From positions 175,956,001-176,020,000 of the forward strand of contig JANJGN010000002.1 of the NCBI GenBank assembly GCA_026770705.1: DNA of 64,000 nucleotides, read 5' to 3'. The position numbers and the translations under genes were made by a program. The stretch is from Isurus oxyrinchus. Taxonomy: Eukaryota. The notes beneath the pieces are model-generated. The model did not search any database. It was not told the DNA's origin and saw only the letters and a list, made by a program, of their open reading frames with translations. Of the stretch, positions 24,550 to 37,354 are shown piece by piece (position 1 is the stretch's first letter; the number at the start of each line of letters is the position of its first letter).

Positions 24550-26300
24550 AATTAGACATCTCATAAAACTAAAGTTCACATTACCAAAGGAAATTGTAAA
24601 GACAATAAAGGGCCAAATAGTAATATAAAGGAAAATAGTAAGGACTTTTTATAGTGTAAGTAAAGAAATGATCCAAAAGGAGGCAGGGTTGCTCAGGGAT
24701 GAAGGGGACAATGTAGTTATGAGGATGAAAATATTACATAAATATCATGAAAATGTTAAATAATTGTGAGTGAGCTCTTACAAATGATAAATAGAGACTG
24801 TTGTTGTATTAGAGAATGAGATGGAATGTCATTGAGGGAAACAAACTAAAAAAAACAGCAGAACTCAAAATGGTTAAGTCTCTGGGCCCTAATATGGATG
24901 GAGCTGTTGAAGGAAGCCTGAGAGGATTTTACAGAGTTCTGACCACATTTTTTCAATCATCCTTAGATATGTAAATTATGCAGAGGATATGAAGGTTAGA
25001 CAATGTTCAAGAAAGAAGAAAAGGGTTTGTTGGGTAACTATAGAATATTTGCTGTAATGTCATTTGTGGGCAAATGCTTAGAATTTATAATGTGATATGA
25101 AATTACATTTGGAGAATTATGGGATAATCAAGGACAACCAGCAGAAAGGTGATATTTGGCAAATTTATTTTTTTAACTGACAAGAGGTAAAGGAAATTTG
25201 ATATGGCTTAGATATATTTTCAGAGAGAATTTGATAAGATGTCTCGAAGGAATATAAAAATTCAGGTATATGATATCGAAGGTGAGCAGCATGGATAGAA
25301 ATTTAATCAATGGATAGTAGGCAAGGAGTTAGGATTAATGGGTGTTGCTTGTATTCAAAAAAGACTGGAAGAGGTGCACCCCCAAGGTTCAGTGCTGTGT
25401 CCAAATTCATCTTCTTACATTTAGATCATTTGGATTTAGGCATGGGGAACTTGACTGCAAAGCTTGCTGATGACGCAAAAGTAGAGATTTGGGAAACAGC
25501 AAGAAGGACTGATATAAACTTCAAGAGGAAATAGGGAGGTTAGCAGAATGGGCAGAGAGGTGACAAATGCAATTAATTGTGGAGGAGTGTCCTTTTATTT
25601 ATCCTGGGAGGAACAAAAGGGAATGGGAGTGTGCATATGAAGGAAGGACATTGAAGATTTTGGATAAACAGGATGACCTAGGGATCCAAGGACTTAATGC
25701 AACTGTGAGTATATAAGACCACAAAAGGAGACAATTGTGTTTCATAAGTAATGAAAAAGTACAAGAATAAAGAAGTAATGAAAAATTAATAGTTGGGGCA
25801 CAGATAGAGTGCTTTGTGTAGTTTTGAGCACTCGAATATTGAAAGGAGATTAAAGATATAGAGACAGTATGACAGGATGATACTGGGAATGGGAAACCAT
25901 AGTTCTGAGGGGCGCCTATTTCCAATAGTACAGATAAGGCTATGAGGAAAGTAAAGGTTTTTAAAATTCTGAAAGGTTTGAATTAAGCGATCAGGGAAAT
26001 ACTTCCCTCTGGTTGAAAATTCAGTGTTGAGAAGTCATCAGCATGGGATTGTCACTAAAATGATGAGGAGAGAAGTTAGGAGAAATTTCTTTACTCAGAG
26101 AATTGTTGGAGCACAGAATTTTCTGCTATAGGGTGTGGTTGAGGCTTTTAAGAGATAAGTAGATAAATATTTGAGGCAGAGGAAGATATAGAACTGTGGA
26201 GTTAAAGCTTTGGGGTCTGTATTGGAATACTCTAGAAAAGAGCTGTCAAAGATGCAATAAGCCAAATGGACTCCTCCTGTGCTGTAAGTTTCTGTGTCTC
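24550..26300 (+). mobile_element. Highly decayed CR1-type LINE
   Basis: Remnants such as RQGVRING..G.P, KLADDAKV (FADDTK motif), AGGAGAAATTTCTTTACTCAGAGAATTGT and tail GCCAAATGGACTCCTCCTGTGCTGTAAGTTTCTGTG. Confidence 0.75.
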
Positions 26301-26919
26301 CAAGAGTATAAAAATCAAAAAGGCATTGAGTCCAACTAGGTTATTCCTTATCGTGGGTTGATGTGCAGGACCTGAAAAACAGTTTAATTTCTGCCCTGCC
26401 CTGATGTCAAGTCCCCTCCCCATCAAATCAAGAATTCTGTTTAATTCTTCAAGTAAGATTGGTAACAGTACTAGATGGCAGTGAGTTCCATATGATAGTA
26501 ATTCTGATTAAAGGCTTAAGTTATAATTAGTTCACACTTTTCTTAGCTTATTATCTTGGATCTTTTTTCACTCTGAATAAATAATTTCTCCAAACAGGTG
26601 CACTATCTCCATGTACAATATTAACCAGTGGACCATATCTCCCTTTAATCTTTATTCCAACGAGACTCTAGTATGGAATCCTGAAAATTGTATTCAAAAA
26701 GAAGCTTGCAAAAAATCCTGTAAATATCATATGTTAGCAGAATGACTATAGTGTATTGAAAAGTATACTATTTATCACACAAGTAATATAATTCACTACT
26801 TCCATCAGCTTTCATGCATTATTTAATCCAAAGACACATGGCACTGAAGGTTCCAATTACCATTATCTCTTTCAAGTTCCTCATTTACATTTACACAGTG
26901 TATCTCTGTTTTCCTAAAG

Positions 26920-27365
26920 CTCTGATCTCATGTCCCCCCTGCTCACAACCCTAGGCCTTAATCCTTCTTGCATTTCTTCACCAGTAACCAGAAAGTGAGG
27001 AAATCAGACCATCGCCAGAAAAATTATGCTGTAGCAACATCAGCTCCACGCATGAGCCCAACACTTTCATTTCCATTTTATTCTCCTTCTTTCCTGTTTA
27101 CCATTCCTAGACCTCACACTCCAGTCTCTATCATTGTCAGATATGCTTTCAGCTGCCAAGACTCTAATCCTGGATTTCCTTGTTTAATCTTGTCCATTTT
27201 TCCACTTTAAGACGCTCCTTAATGCCTACCACTTTGACCATGCTTTTGGTCATCTGTCTTTATATCTTCAGATGCGTTTTGGTGTCAAATTCTGTTTGAT
27301 GGTACTTCTGGAGCACTTGGGGCATTTTACTGTCATAAAGGTGCTATATAAATGCAAGTTGTTGC
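26920..27365 (+). mobile_element. L2/SINE-type 3' tail fragment
   Basis: Parallels 4020-4275; ends AAAGGTGCTATATAAATGCAAGTTGTTG. Confidence 0.65.
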
Positions 27366-27818
27366 ATAAAATTCCTTTGTCTGTTATTTTAAGAAAGTCA
27401 TTAATCTATTTACTTTAAATTGTCTCATGTTTCTGTTAAAACAGTGAAAAAAGTAATTTAATATAAACATGTTAAGCATCAGTACACTATTATTGCAAAG
27501 CATAAATCAAAAACATGTTTCACTACATTTTTATTGCTCAGGTATAAATGAAAAAAGATACGAAATGAGCAAGCGAGACATAAAATGTGGGCAAAAACAT
27601 GAATTTAGCATAAACTGGAGAATAATATCAAGTTGTCCAAAAATAATTGAATATTAGAGAAAATTGCATATAAAAGTTAAGCCATTGACAATGCCAACCA
27701 TAGGAGACTGTTAGACTGAAGACATTTAAAAGAAGGGACATTGCACAACATAGACCCAGAAAGATATTTATTGCATAGTTCATTAATCTAAGTCCGTGTC
27801 AAATAAAGGAAATTAGAT

Positions 27819-28008
27819 AAAAAAAACAAAAATAAAAATAGCTGGAAAAACTCAGCAGGTCTGGCAGCATCTGCGGAGAGGAACACTGTTAACGTTTCGA
27901 GTCCGTATGACTCTTCAACAGAACTAAGTAAAAATAGAAAAGAGGTGAAATATAAGGGGGGGGCATTTGTGGGACAGGTAGAGCTGGATAGAGGGCCAGT
28001 GATAGGTA
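27819..28008 (-). mobile_element. Short Penelope-like terminal-repeat insertion with hammerhead-like motif
   Basis: CTCAGCAGGTCTGGCAGCATC family; flanked by 10-bp direct repeat GAAATTAGAT (27809-27818 / 28009-28018). Confidence 0.75.
27887..27925 (-). ncRNA. Minimal type I hammerhead-ribozyme-like motif (variant core)
   Basis: AGUU-CUGUUGA-A-GAGUC-AUACG-GACUC-GAAAC-GUU-AAC: stem I GUU/AAC, 5-bp stem II, palindromic AACGUU stem III. Confidence 0.55.
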
Positions 28009-29774
28009 GAAATTAGATGGTAGGCATATCTGTACCAATCAAGAAGCCAGTTTGAAACATAATAAAGGATTTCAAAATTAGGATCTAGTTTGAAAGCAAT
28101 AGTAAATGATTATGCTACTCAGCTGTCTTGAGGTCCTGGATGCGCTTGCTGCACTGTCACCTGGAGGGACCACACACCGGCTGTTGACTTCCTTCGTCCA
28201 CTTCCATCCATGACATCTCCTTGGTGGAGCTTATCTTCCTGCAGCTTCTCAGATTCTCCAGGTAAGAGTGAGAGACCAGGGAAGACACTTCCCCAGGTCG
28301 CCTCTCCATTCCTGCAGTTGCTGCAATTTGAAAAATCCAAGTGCTGCTGCACTTTTCTTAACCATGCTGTGGTCCCTTTAATTAGAAATCATTCCTCTGA
28401 CAGAATGGGTGCATAATTTTGCTTGCCTTTCTTAATCGGTCATGGAGCACAGACGTGTGATGACAATTGTTTTGCTCTGGTAAAGAGCAACTGGGTTCAG
28501 AGATTTGGGTTCAAGACCCAAAAATGGTCCTACCATTGTGGTAGGGGCTCAGGTGAGAAGATTCTGAGGAGCCTGATATGCCAATTACTGCCAGCAGGTG
28601 GCACATGTGCAGTAGGAAAAAAGTTTTTCACACATTCTCGTCTTGGGTTTACTATCAATAATCAATCAGTACGATTTGCCTCTTTGCTAGCCCAATGACA
28701 CAGAGGCAGCAGAAGTGTCCTCACTGCTCCCTCAACTTAAGATCAGATACTATTAAAACTCACTCACTCAAATCCCCTTAATCTTAATTCTCAGCAAAAT
28801 TCAAGGCGTGGAAAATGGTATCTGGACGTTTGTGTTTTGCATGTAGAACAGGCACAAAGCAAATCAATTTAGCAGTGGGATGTCCGGTGCCAAATCTGCA
28901 CAAGCATTTATCCTACTGCTAAATTTGTGGGTGCCTTTTTATAGTCATCCCAGACAGACACCTAAAACGGGCATTTGACTCCTTAAGTATTAAAATTAGG
29001 GAACTAAGGTTTGTTGAAGAAACCTATTAATAAATCAGTCAGTAATGAGTGGGGCAGGGTAAGGCCTACCCTGCTCAGAATTCTTCAGCAGCTTCCACAG
29101 CCACCAACTCCACATATGTTACAAAAAATATTCTTTTAAGAAAAAGCGTCCCATGGAGTTTTTGATCAGATTCCCCCCATAGTGTTTTCCAATCCCTTTC
29201 TCTTTACCTGAGGACTGTTGCTTATGAAGCAGGCAGCCCGACATTGAAGTCTTTGCTCAGATGGGATGTGTGTGAAGGCACAATCAGAGGCAACAGATCG
29301 AGGCAAGTCCATTGAAGAGGCCCAAGAACCTTTTTCCGTTAGTCCTCAGGCCTCTCATTATTTCGAATGTGCTGGTCATGCATGCATCAAGTCTCAGCTC
29401 ACTTAATTTCCAGGCCTAAGTTTCTACCTTTTTTAGCAGTTATATTTTGAAATGTTTTGGTATATACCATTACTATGTCAATGGAATTCCAGTGAAACAA
29501 AAGGTTAGAATTTGTTTGATAGCCTCTACTTTCATCAATGTTCACATAAGACAGACTTTTTTTGTATTTTTGCCTTAAAGTATTATTTTCTTGGGTAAAT
29601 AAAGAATAAAATATTAGTCTGTAATTTATATGTGTGAGCTAAGGATTGTATGCATTTCTGTAATCTATTCTTCCTTATATAAGGAGACTAAAACAGCACA
29701 CAGTACTCCATGGGTAGTCTCACCAGAGCACTATATAATTGCAGCAAGCCTTCCATACTCTTATACAAAAACAT

Positions 29775-30006
29775 CTAATGATGGCCATAAAACCATTGCC
29801 AATTATTGTAAAAACCCATCTGGTTCACTAATGACCTTTAGGGAAGGAAATCTGCCGTGCATACCTGGTCTGGCCTACATGTGACTCCAGGCCCACATCA
29901 ATGTGGTTGACTTTTAAAATGCCCTCTGAGCTAGGGCAACTAGGGATGGGTAATAAATGCTGGCCTGGACTGTAATGCCCACATCCCATGAATGAGTAAA
30001 AAAAAA
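29775..30006 (+). mobile_element. SINE (5'-truncated) sharing its 3' tail with the LINE at 8690
   Basis: Non-coding body followed by GGGCAACTAGGGATGGGTAATAAATGCTGGCC..ATGCCCACATCCCATGAATGAGTAAAAAAAA. Confidence 0.7.
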
Positions 30007-30204
30007 CACCAAACCTCTTGCAATAAAGACTATCATACCATTTTCCATGGTTCCATGATAAAAATCCAAATAAGTACAACAATATGAAACTTGAGTGTAC
30101 TTAACATGAATCTCAGGAAAAGAGGAGCTCAGTTATACATTAGACATGTCATGTGGTTCTTCATTGATGTTAAGGGATGTAGAAGGTCCACTGAACAAGC
30201 GTCA

Positions 30205-30615
30205 ATGAGCTGTCAGCTGTGGTTCAGTTGGTAGTGCTCTTGCTTCTGAATAAGAGGGTTGTTTTCAAGTCCCACTCCAGCATTTAAACACAAAAATCAG
30301 GGCTGACATTCCACTGCTATATTGAAGGGGTGCTACACTGTTGGACGTGCCTTCTTTCAGATGCAATGTTAAACCAAGGCATCATCCCAAGGTGGGATTA
30401 AAAGATCCCATGGTACAACTTTGAAAAAGAGCAGGCAAGTTATGACTGATGCCCTGTCTAATGTTTATCCCTCAATCAACATCACTAGGACAGATTACCT
30501 GATCATTATCACAACGATTTTGTGGGATTTGCTGAGTGCAAACTGACTTCCCTACTTAACAGTGACTACACTTCAAAAGTACTTCATTGCTGTAAAGTGC
30601 TTTGAGAGGCCTGGT
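30205..30615 (+). mobile_element. tRNA-headed Deu-domain SINE (SacSINE1/AmnSINE1-like)
   Basis: Box A-like TGGTTCAGTTGG and box B-like TTCAAGTCC head; Deu-type core AAAGATCCCATGG..TTTGAAAAAGAGCAGG..TTTATCCCTCAATCAACATCAC; tail CAGTGACTACACTTCAAAAGTACTTCATTG.CTGTAAAGTGCTTTG. Confidence 0.75.
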
Positions 30616-32397
30616 GTTTTTTTTACTGAGAAATATAAGTGAAATGTCATGGCACATAGCATAGGACACTAGCCAAAAGCATATTGAATTGATGCAGAAA
30701 CTGCCATGCAGGGTGTAAGTGATTTATTAGGACTATAGGCTGTAGTCCAAAGTTGTCATAAAACATTGCAATTGACAGAGTTTTACAGTGAGCGTGATTT
30801 TTGAAAACTTCTTGCCTGTTTTAATCCTCTATGGAAATTCCTAAAATTTGGCCCTAACCATCTGAAATATATTTTAACCCCTCTACCTGCTTTCTCTCCC
30901 AGCCTTTAAGTATTTTCTCAAAGTGTATTCATAATCCATGTGTTCAGCTACCTAACTCTCCTAGTTGGTCAGCACTTACTTTCTCACCTGTGAACCATCT
31001 TGGAGTGACTTTTGGATGCTTTAAAAATGCACATTGTTCCTGTTGAATTCATAGACCCACTACTCCAATATCTATTATTGCTACAATCGAACAGTAGAAC
31101 ACCAATAGCCTGTTCTGTGGATCAGAAGCTTAAATTCCAATAACTTTCCAAATACTCTTTAAGCCATCATTAGAATATTCTAAACTCTGTAGATTTTAAA
31201 TTGTTAAAATCTAGCTTATTGTAGATATTTAAACAGTAAGTTATATCATATAATTGTTGTAATTACAAACAGGAGATAATTTGGTAAAATCAATGCTAAC
31301 CCTAATTAGAGTGAACTAGAAGCAAACAGAATTTTGACCAAATAAATTCTAAATTAATTAGCATTGGTTGACTTCTTCCTGCACATGAACAAACATTTCA
31401 GTGGAAATCATTCCTTGTGTTTAAATTGCTCCATGACCTGGCCCTACCTCCATATTAATGTAATATTGGAATATTATTCAGAAACATTGGAATCTAGTCA
31501 TTGAAAATTAGGGTTCATTTTGAAAAAAATTATTTTGGAGTTTATGAAAAGTAATAAAATGGAATCTGTGGAGTTTGAAAATATCAGAATCTCTTCAATG
31601 TTAAATTGAGTCTTCTTCATCTGTGATGCACCCATCCCCTCACTGAAGTACTTTCCAACACTTCCACTGAGGTGTTTTTTTTAATACTTCTATCACAACT
31701 GAGGAGTGTTTTCCACCCACTTCCGTACCCACTGTTTCATCCTGAGGTAATTACCCCCAGTTCTTGTTTAAATAATTTTCCAGCCTCTCACGCTAAGGGA
31801 CTTTTCCAGACCCCTTGCCTCCTAAGTACTTTTCTATTTCTCCACGGAGATAGTTTCCCCCATTCCCTTGTCCCATCCACCTCTCCTCACCTAATTTGCC
31901 ACTCACCTTTCCTCTCCCTCCTGTCGCCTCCTTGCAGCCTGTTCCCCCACACCCTCATTCCATCCTTCCTCTGCTTTGAGTATTTTCCCCACCTTCTCAT
32001 CCTGCTTGATCTGAAGGCAGCACTGGAACTTGACAACCCATGTGCAACAGGAGGTTGACCAGTTGTACTAAAAAAATGACTAAAAGGAACAGTGGAGCCA
32101 CAGTAGGTGGAATTAAATGTACGCAACAGCCGGCAGGAACCTTGCATCACATCTTTCTGGGAAGGCCTGCTACATAAAGTGCCAATCAGACAACACCGAT
32201 AGGGCTTGCATTTTGGGCTCCCCAGGTGGTGACTCCTCCGTCTGCTGCTGGTGGAATATCAGCAGTGGTAGGACGTGGCCGTCAAGTCGGCATTGCCCAC
32301 TTAAGGACCTTAATTGGTGGTGGGGCAGGAAGGTCATCCATAAGCTTCCTGCCCCAAACTTAATCAGGACAGATGCAGGATGGCAGCTGGGTTTAAA

Positions 32398-33157
32398 TAT
32401 TATTTAAATGGAGAAAGACTGCAGAAAGCTGCAGCACAGAGGGATTTGGGAATCCTCGTGCATGAACTCCAAAAAGCTAACATGCAAGTTCAGCAGGTAT
32501 TAGGGAAGGCAAATGGAATGTTGGTCTTTATTTCAAAGGGAATAGAGTATAAAAATAGGGAAGTCTTTCTAAAACTATACAAGGCACTATTTAGACCACA
32601 TCTGGAATACTGTGAACAATTTTGGTCCCCTTATCTAAGGAAAGATATACTGGCATTGGAGGCAGTTCAAAGAAGGCTCACTAGGTTGATCCCAGGTATG
32701 GAGGGATTTTCTTACGAGAAGTTGAGTAGGTTGGGCCCGTAATCATTAGAATTTAGAAGAATGAGAGACGACCTTATTGAAACATATAAGATTCTTAGGG
32801 GGCTTAACAGGGTAGATTCTGAGAGGCTGTTTCCCTTGTGGGAGAGTCTAGAACCAGTGGGCATAATCTCAGAGTGAGGGGGCACCCAGTTAAAACAGAG
32901 ATGAGGAGGAATTTCTTCTCTCAGAGGGTAGTGAATCTGTAGAATTCTTTACCTCAGAGGGCTGTAGAGGCAGGGTCATTAAGTATATTCAAGGCTGAGA
33001 TAGACAGGTTTTTAATCAGTAAGGGGATCAAGGGGAAAAGGCAGGAAAGTGGAGTTGAGGGTTATCAGGTCAGCCATGATCTCATTGAATGGCAGAGCAG
33101 ACTCGATGGGCTGAATGGCCTACTTCTGCTCCTACGTTTTATTGTTTTATGATCTTA
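32398..33157 (+). mobile_element. CR1 LINE 3' fragment (relatively well preserved)
   Basis: ORF 32380-32742 YYLNGERL..QRDLGILVH..LYKALFRPHLEYCEQFWSPYLRKDILALEAVQRRLTRLIPGM, the CR1 ORF2 C-terminus; tail GGGCTGAATGGCCTACTTCTGCTCCTA..TTATGATCTTA. Confidence 0.92.
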
Positions 33158-33935
33158 TCACCCCCACTCCCTACTAAATGCCCCCCTGCCAATAAACTCA
33201 TCATGGGGAGGGAATTAAATTCTGTTATTTTTCAATAGGACAAGGCTTTCTAACAATCACTGTTTTCATACCAGAAGGAGCAAGTCTTCAGCATATGAGG
33301 TAAAGGCAAAAGATTAAACAGGAGCTGGCAGCAAATGGTAGGGAGAAGGGGAATAGAAACTGACCCTCTTCACATAATGAACAGGGAGGAAGTGGGACTG
33401 TTCTTCCATAGGTGTTGCCTATAGGCATAAAGAAACTGGATTCATTTTAAATTTAAGTATCTAGAACTAATCACTTCTATAGTTAGGGAAGCTATTACAG
33501 TTTAAATACAACATGAGGTAGAGACAGAACAATTTTACTGTTTGAATAATACCTTGCCTGCCTTATTTCCTGCGAGAGAAATGTTATGTCTTTAAACTTA
33601 AATGCATCCAGATAAGTGCGCTTTTTAAAAAATAGTCATGTGTAATTTCAAGTAAAAGAATTTCATGTATCACGTCTGACAACATAATTACGGTTCAATA
33701 CACCTAAGGTGTCCAATTATTGAGCGACCCAGGAACCCGTACAACATGGTAGATAGCTTTTTCTTCTACATGATCTCTATGCTCATTAGGATGTATCAAG
33801 CAGAAGAGTAGTTGTTGTTTGCAGACCCAGGAGAGGAACTGCTACAGCCCCTGAGCCTGATTGGTAAATTACAAACATTGAAACTTATCTCATCTCCGGC
33901 AGTTTGGTCCAAATCCTAGTCATCATATTCTCAAC

Positions 33936-34003
33936 CTGCTGAGTTTTTCCAGGTAATTCTGTTTTTGTTTTGGATTTCCAGCATCCGCAGTTTTTTTGTT
34001 TTT
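33936..34003 (+). mobile_element. Very short Penelope-like terminal fragment
   Basis: CTGCTGAGTTTTTCCAGGTAATTCTG...CAGCATCCGCAGTTTTTTTGTTTTT; 11-bp direct repeat ATATTCTCAAC (33925-33935 / 34004-34014). Confidence 0.8.
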
Positions 34004-35164
34004 ATATTCTCAACTTAGTTGTGTACAAATGATTCCTTTGTGTACAAAGCCACATTTAAAGAATTTCCACCAGTGAATTTAATGACTACAGATGAAAGTG
34101 CTCCCATGCCTCACAAACTAAGCTATATATTTAAATGTAATATACATAAAAGCACTGAACAACCTCCAAGTTAAGTTACACACATTGAATTTGTTGGCCT
34201 GTTTTATTTCCTGTTTTTTTTTATAATGTGACAGATGATTGGCCTGTTTCACTTAGATAGATGCTCATTTCTCAGTTCATTTGGATTTACTTACTAATGG
34301 AGGACAAGCACCAAGAATAAACTTTTCCAAATTGTCAGGCTTGCAAATTGAAACAGATGAAGACAATAATCAGAAGTAGAACCAGAGTTGGCAGCAATAG
34401 AGGATTGCAGGAGACTAAGACACCTGGGCTTTATTTTACAAGCCAGATTAATAATGTGCATGGGCTATGAAAGGTCTGAAGGCCATAGTATGGACATATC
34501 CAACCTGTGGAATGATGTTCTCCAGGGATCTTCAACTCTTGACAAACACCTTTCATTAAGTGGTTGGCCTCAAAGATCCAGAAACTCACTTGACCCAAGA
34601 ACCATTTTGGAATGAGAATTGTGCTCCAATTCTGAAACATGAGCTTGACAATTTGCATAAATTAAGATGGCACCTGCTCGGGAGTGGGGGTGAGGGGTAG
34701 GTTTGCAGGGAATGTAACTCTGTTCTGCCACTCTAATGAGATAAAGTTAATTTGGTTGAATCAGCAGTCAAAAGTTGAATCAGCCCATGTTATAAGAAGG
34801 ATGATATCAGTAGGACCAAAATTTCTACTTTAGAGCACCCTCAACCATCCATCCAGACTGAGCACAGCACTGGGGTAAGTTTTGGCTGTTCCCGGTAAGT
34901 GGATACTGGTAGAATGGATTCTGGTGAATGATGGCTTTCCAAAAACCTTACCTCTTATTCAAATACTGGATTTGGGGGCAAAGGGCAGGGCCAAATTTCC
35001 ACTCACCCTGTCACCCAGGAAAAGCTGCCATGATGTGCTTTTTGGGGCAGAGATGTTATGTTGTCACAGCATGCTCCATTCCTTCTTCCAATCTCCCTTC
35101 ACTGACTGGGGCATTTCCTCTGATATACCATAGCCCCTGAGAAGATTCAGGGACAGGAGATATA

Positions 35165-35813
35165 GGCCTGAATTTTTCCTTTGGCCGGCACACCCGATCA
35201 GCAGGCCTGGGGGCGGACAGGAAACGGACCGCTGACCACGATCGGCCCCCAACCCCGATTTCACGCTGGCTGGCCAATTAATGGGGCGGGTAGAGGACGG
35301 GCAATAACCTCATTGCAGACGCGCGTGAGCGCTGCGAGAAAGCTCCCTGAAGGCAGACAGCTGTCTCAAGGAGGTGCAGACTTCCAAACCATCAAATAAA
35401 GGTTTTAAAAGCTGAAAACAAAATGTCCATGCATCATAATCAGGCACCTGAAAACGTGGCTGATAAAAATGCTGCCCACATATATTTGTTTTTATTTTAT
35501 TTAATAACGGAAATCTCATGCCCCACTTGGATGAGGTTTAATGAAAAATGCAAAGGCCGCCTGGCCAATTTGCCCGTCCGCCGACTGTAAGGTTCGACAG
35601 GCCACGAGAAATCGGAGACAATTGTGCAGTTAATGGGCTTAACTGCCCTCGTAATTGTCGGTGGGTATGCTTCAGGTATTTCCTCATGCCCACCGAGCGA
35701 AATATTGCGCGAGTGTGTGATGACATCAGGACACTCGCCCGACGACTTCTGTCGTGATTTTACGCTCGATCGGGCCATGTGCGCGTCTGTCCGTGGGACG
35801 TAGCATTCTGCCT
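35165..35813. mobile_element. MITE / non-autonomous DNA transposon (PIF/Harbinger-like)
   Basis: Imperfect TIRs GGCCTGAATTTT...AGCATTCTGCCT; flanks ATA/ATG; internal similarity to the elements at 37917, 40595 and 42796. Confidence 0.7.
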
Positions 35814-37354
35814 ATGGTGTTGCGAGCAGGGGAACATTTTTTTGATGGTATGGTATGATATATGTTAAAGACATCACATGCTGGTGTCACGCATACACTC
35901 ATCATGTGATGGATGCTGGATGTACAACTCCATTTTTCTACCAATTTCTTACATGTATCGATTAATTAGCACTAAAGACTTATGAAAAAGATAAACCAGC
36001 TGCTCGCAGGAAGAAAGTTCCACCAGTATAAGGAAGAAGGAGAAAATAGTCAAATCATGGGAAATATTTTTTTTGAAAAACTTTTTTGCTTCCATCATCC
36101 TTAATTCATCAAGTTAAGTGCCTGTAACTGGAATTGCATTTTGAGACACAATAAAGACATAACTTTTTGGTAACTTTGATAACTTTTATTAAATACATCT
36201 ATACAATAATATTTTGTGGTTAAAGTATATCTAACAATGTTTTCCACTGGAGGCTTGTGGTCGTCTGAGGGATGAATTGTGTCTGTGCCTACGATCCCCA
36301 GGTTATTTGAGTGGTGGAAGATTGACCATTCACAAAATGTGTCAGCCTGCCACTATTTTGGTTGATGAGGTAAGGATAATAACATATACAAGCAGCAAAG
36401 CTTGGCTTAATTTATGAGTGCCCGGGGCCTGCTGTCAATCATTTAAAAAAAGTCTGGGCAGTTTTTCAAAGATTACAAGTAAAGCAGGAAAACATTTTAA
36501 ACTGGAATTTGCATCTTTGTACAAAACATTAACATAAGCTAAAGCACCTAAGGAATTCAAACATTTTCCAAGAACTTTTCCTGAAAAAATGTAAATTACT
36601 ATATTAAATATGTATATCAGTATATTACTGATTTATTTAGCAAATACACTATGGTCAGGATTTTCCCCTTGGTGATTTGGGGGCGGGGCCAGGTCGCCAA
36701 GGGGAAAATGACTCGGGATGACGTCAGGAGGAAACTTTGTTCGTCAGCCCCTGATTTCACTCCTATTCTTGATAGTTCAATTAATTGAATATAGTACATC
36801 GGCTTGGTGTCCTATTCTACTGTGACTGAGCTTCCAACTCCATACCCACTTCTAAATCCAATGTTCTCCTGGGCAGCCTCTCACTCTCCATATTCTTTAA
36901 ACTTCAGCACATCCAGAATCTGCTGCCCAGGTCCTATACTTGTCAAGGCCTACTCATATATCTGCCCTGTACTTGCTGACCCACATTTGATCCCAACTCC
37001 AACCTTCCAATTTAAGTTTGCATGCTCATGAACTAAACCTCTTCATGGGCTTCATTTCTCCCTATTTCTGTAACTTACACCAAACTAACTCTTCCACCAA
37101 TCCGTCCCACTCCACACACAAATCTCTATTCCTGCGACTCTTGACCTTTAATTACACTTCTGTGGAGCATTTTGGAGGTGCTATATAAATAAACATTGCT
37201 TTAATTGTCGTATGTTTATTCTGTTTATTAACTTTAGTAGAATAGCTTTGAGGGATCACAGTGCATGAGTGTTTTGGAGAATTACCTTTACATATACAGT
37301 TTAAACGACAACAAGCCCACAAAACGTTCCAGGTTGATATATCTATAAAACAAT

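Noticed and set aside
30205-30280. tRNA gene
   Set aside because: Box A/B-like head is followed directly by a Deu-domain body and LINE-type tail, and there is no intact cloverleaf; it is a SINE
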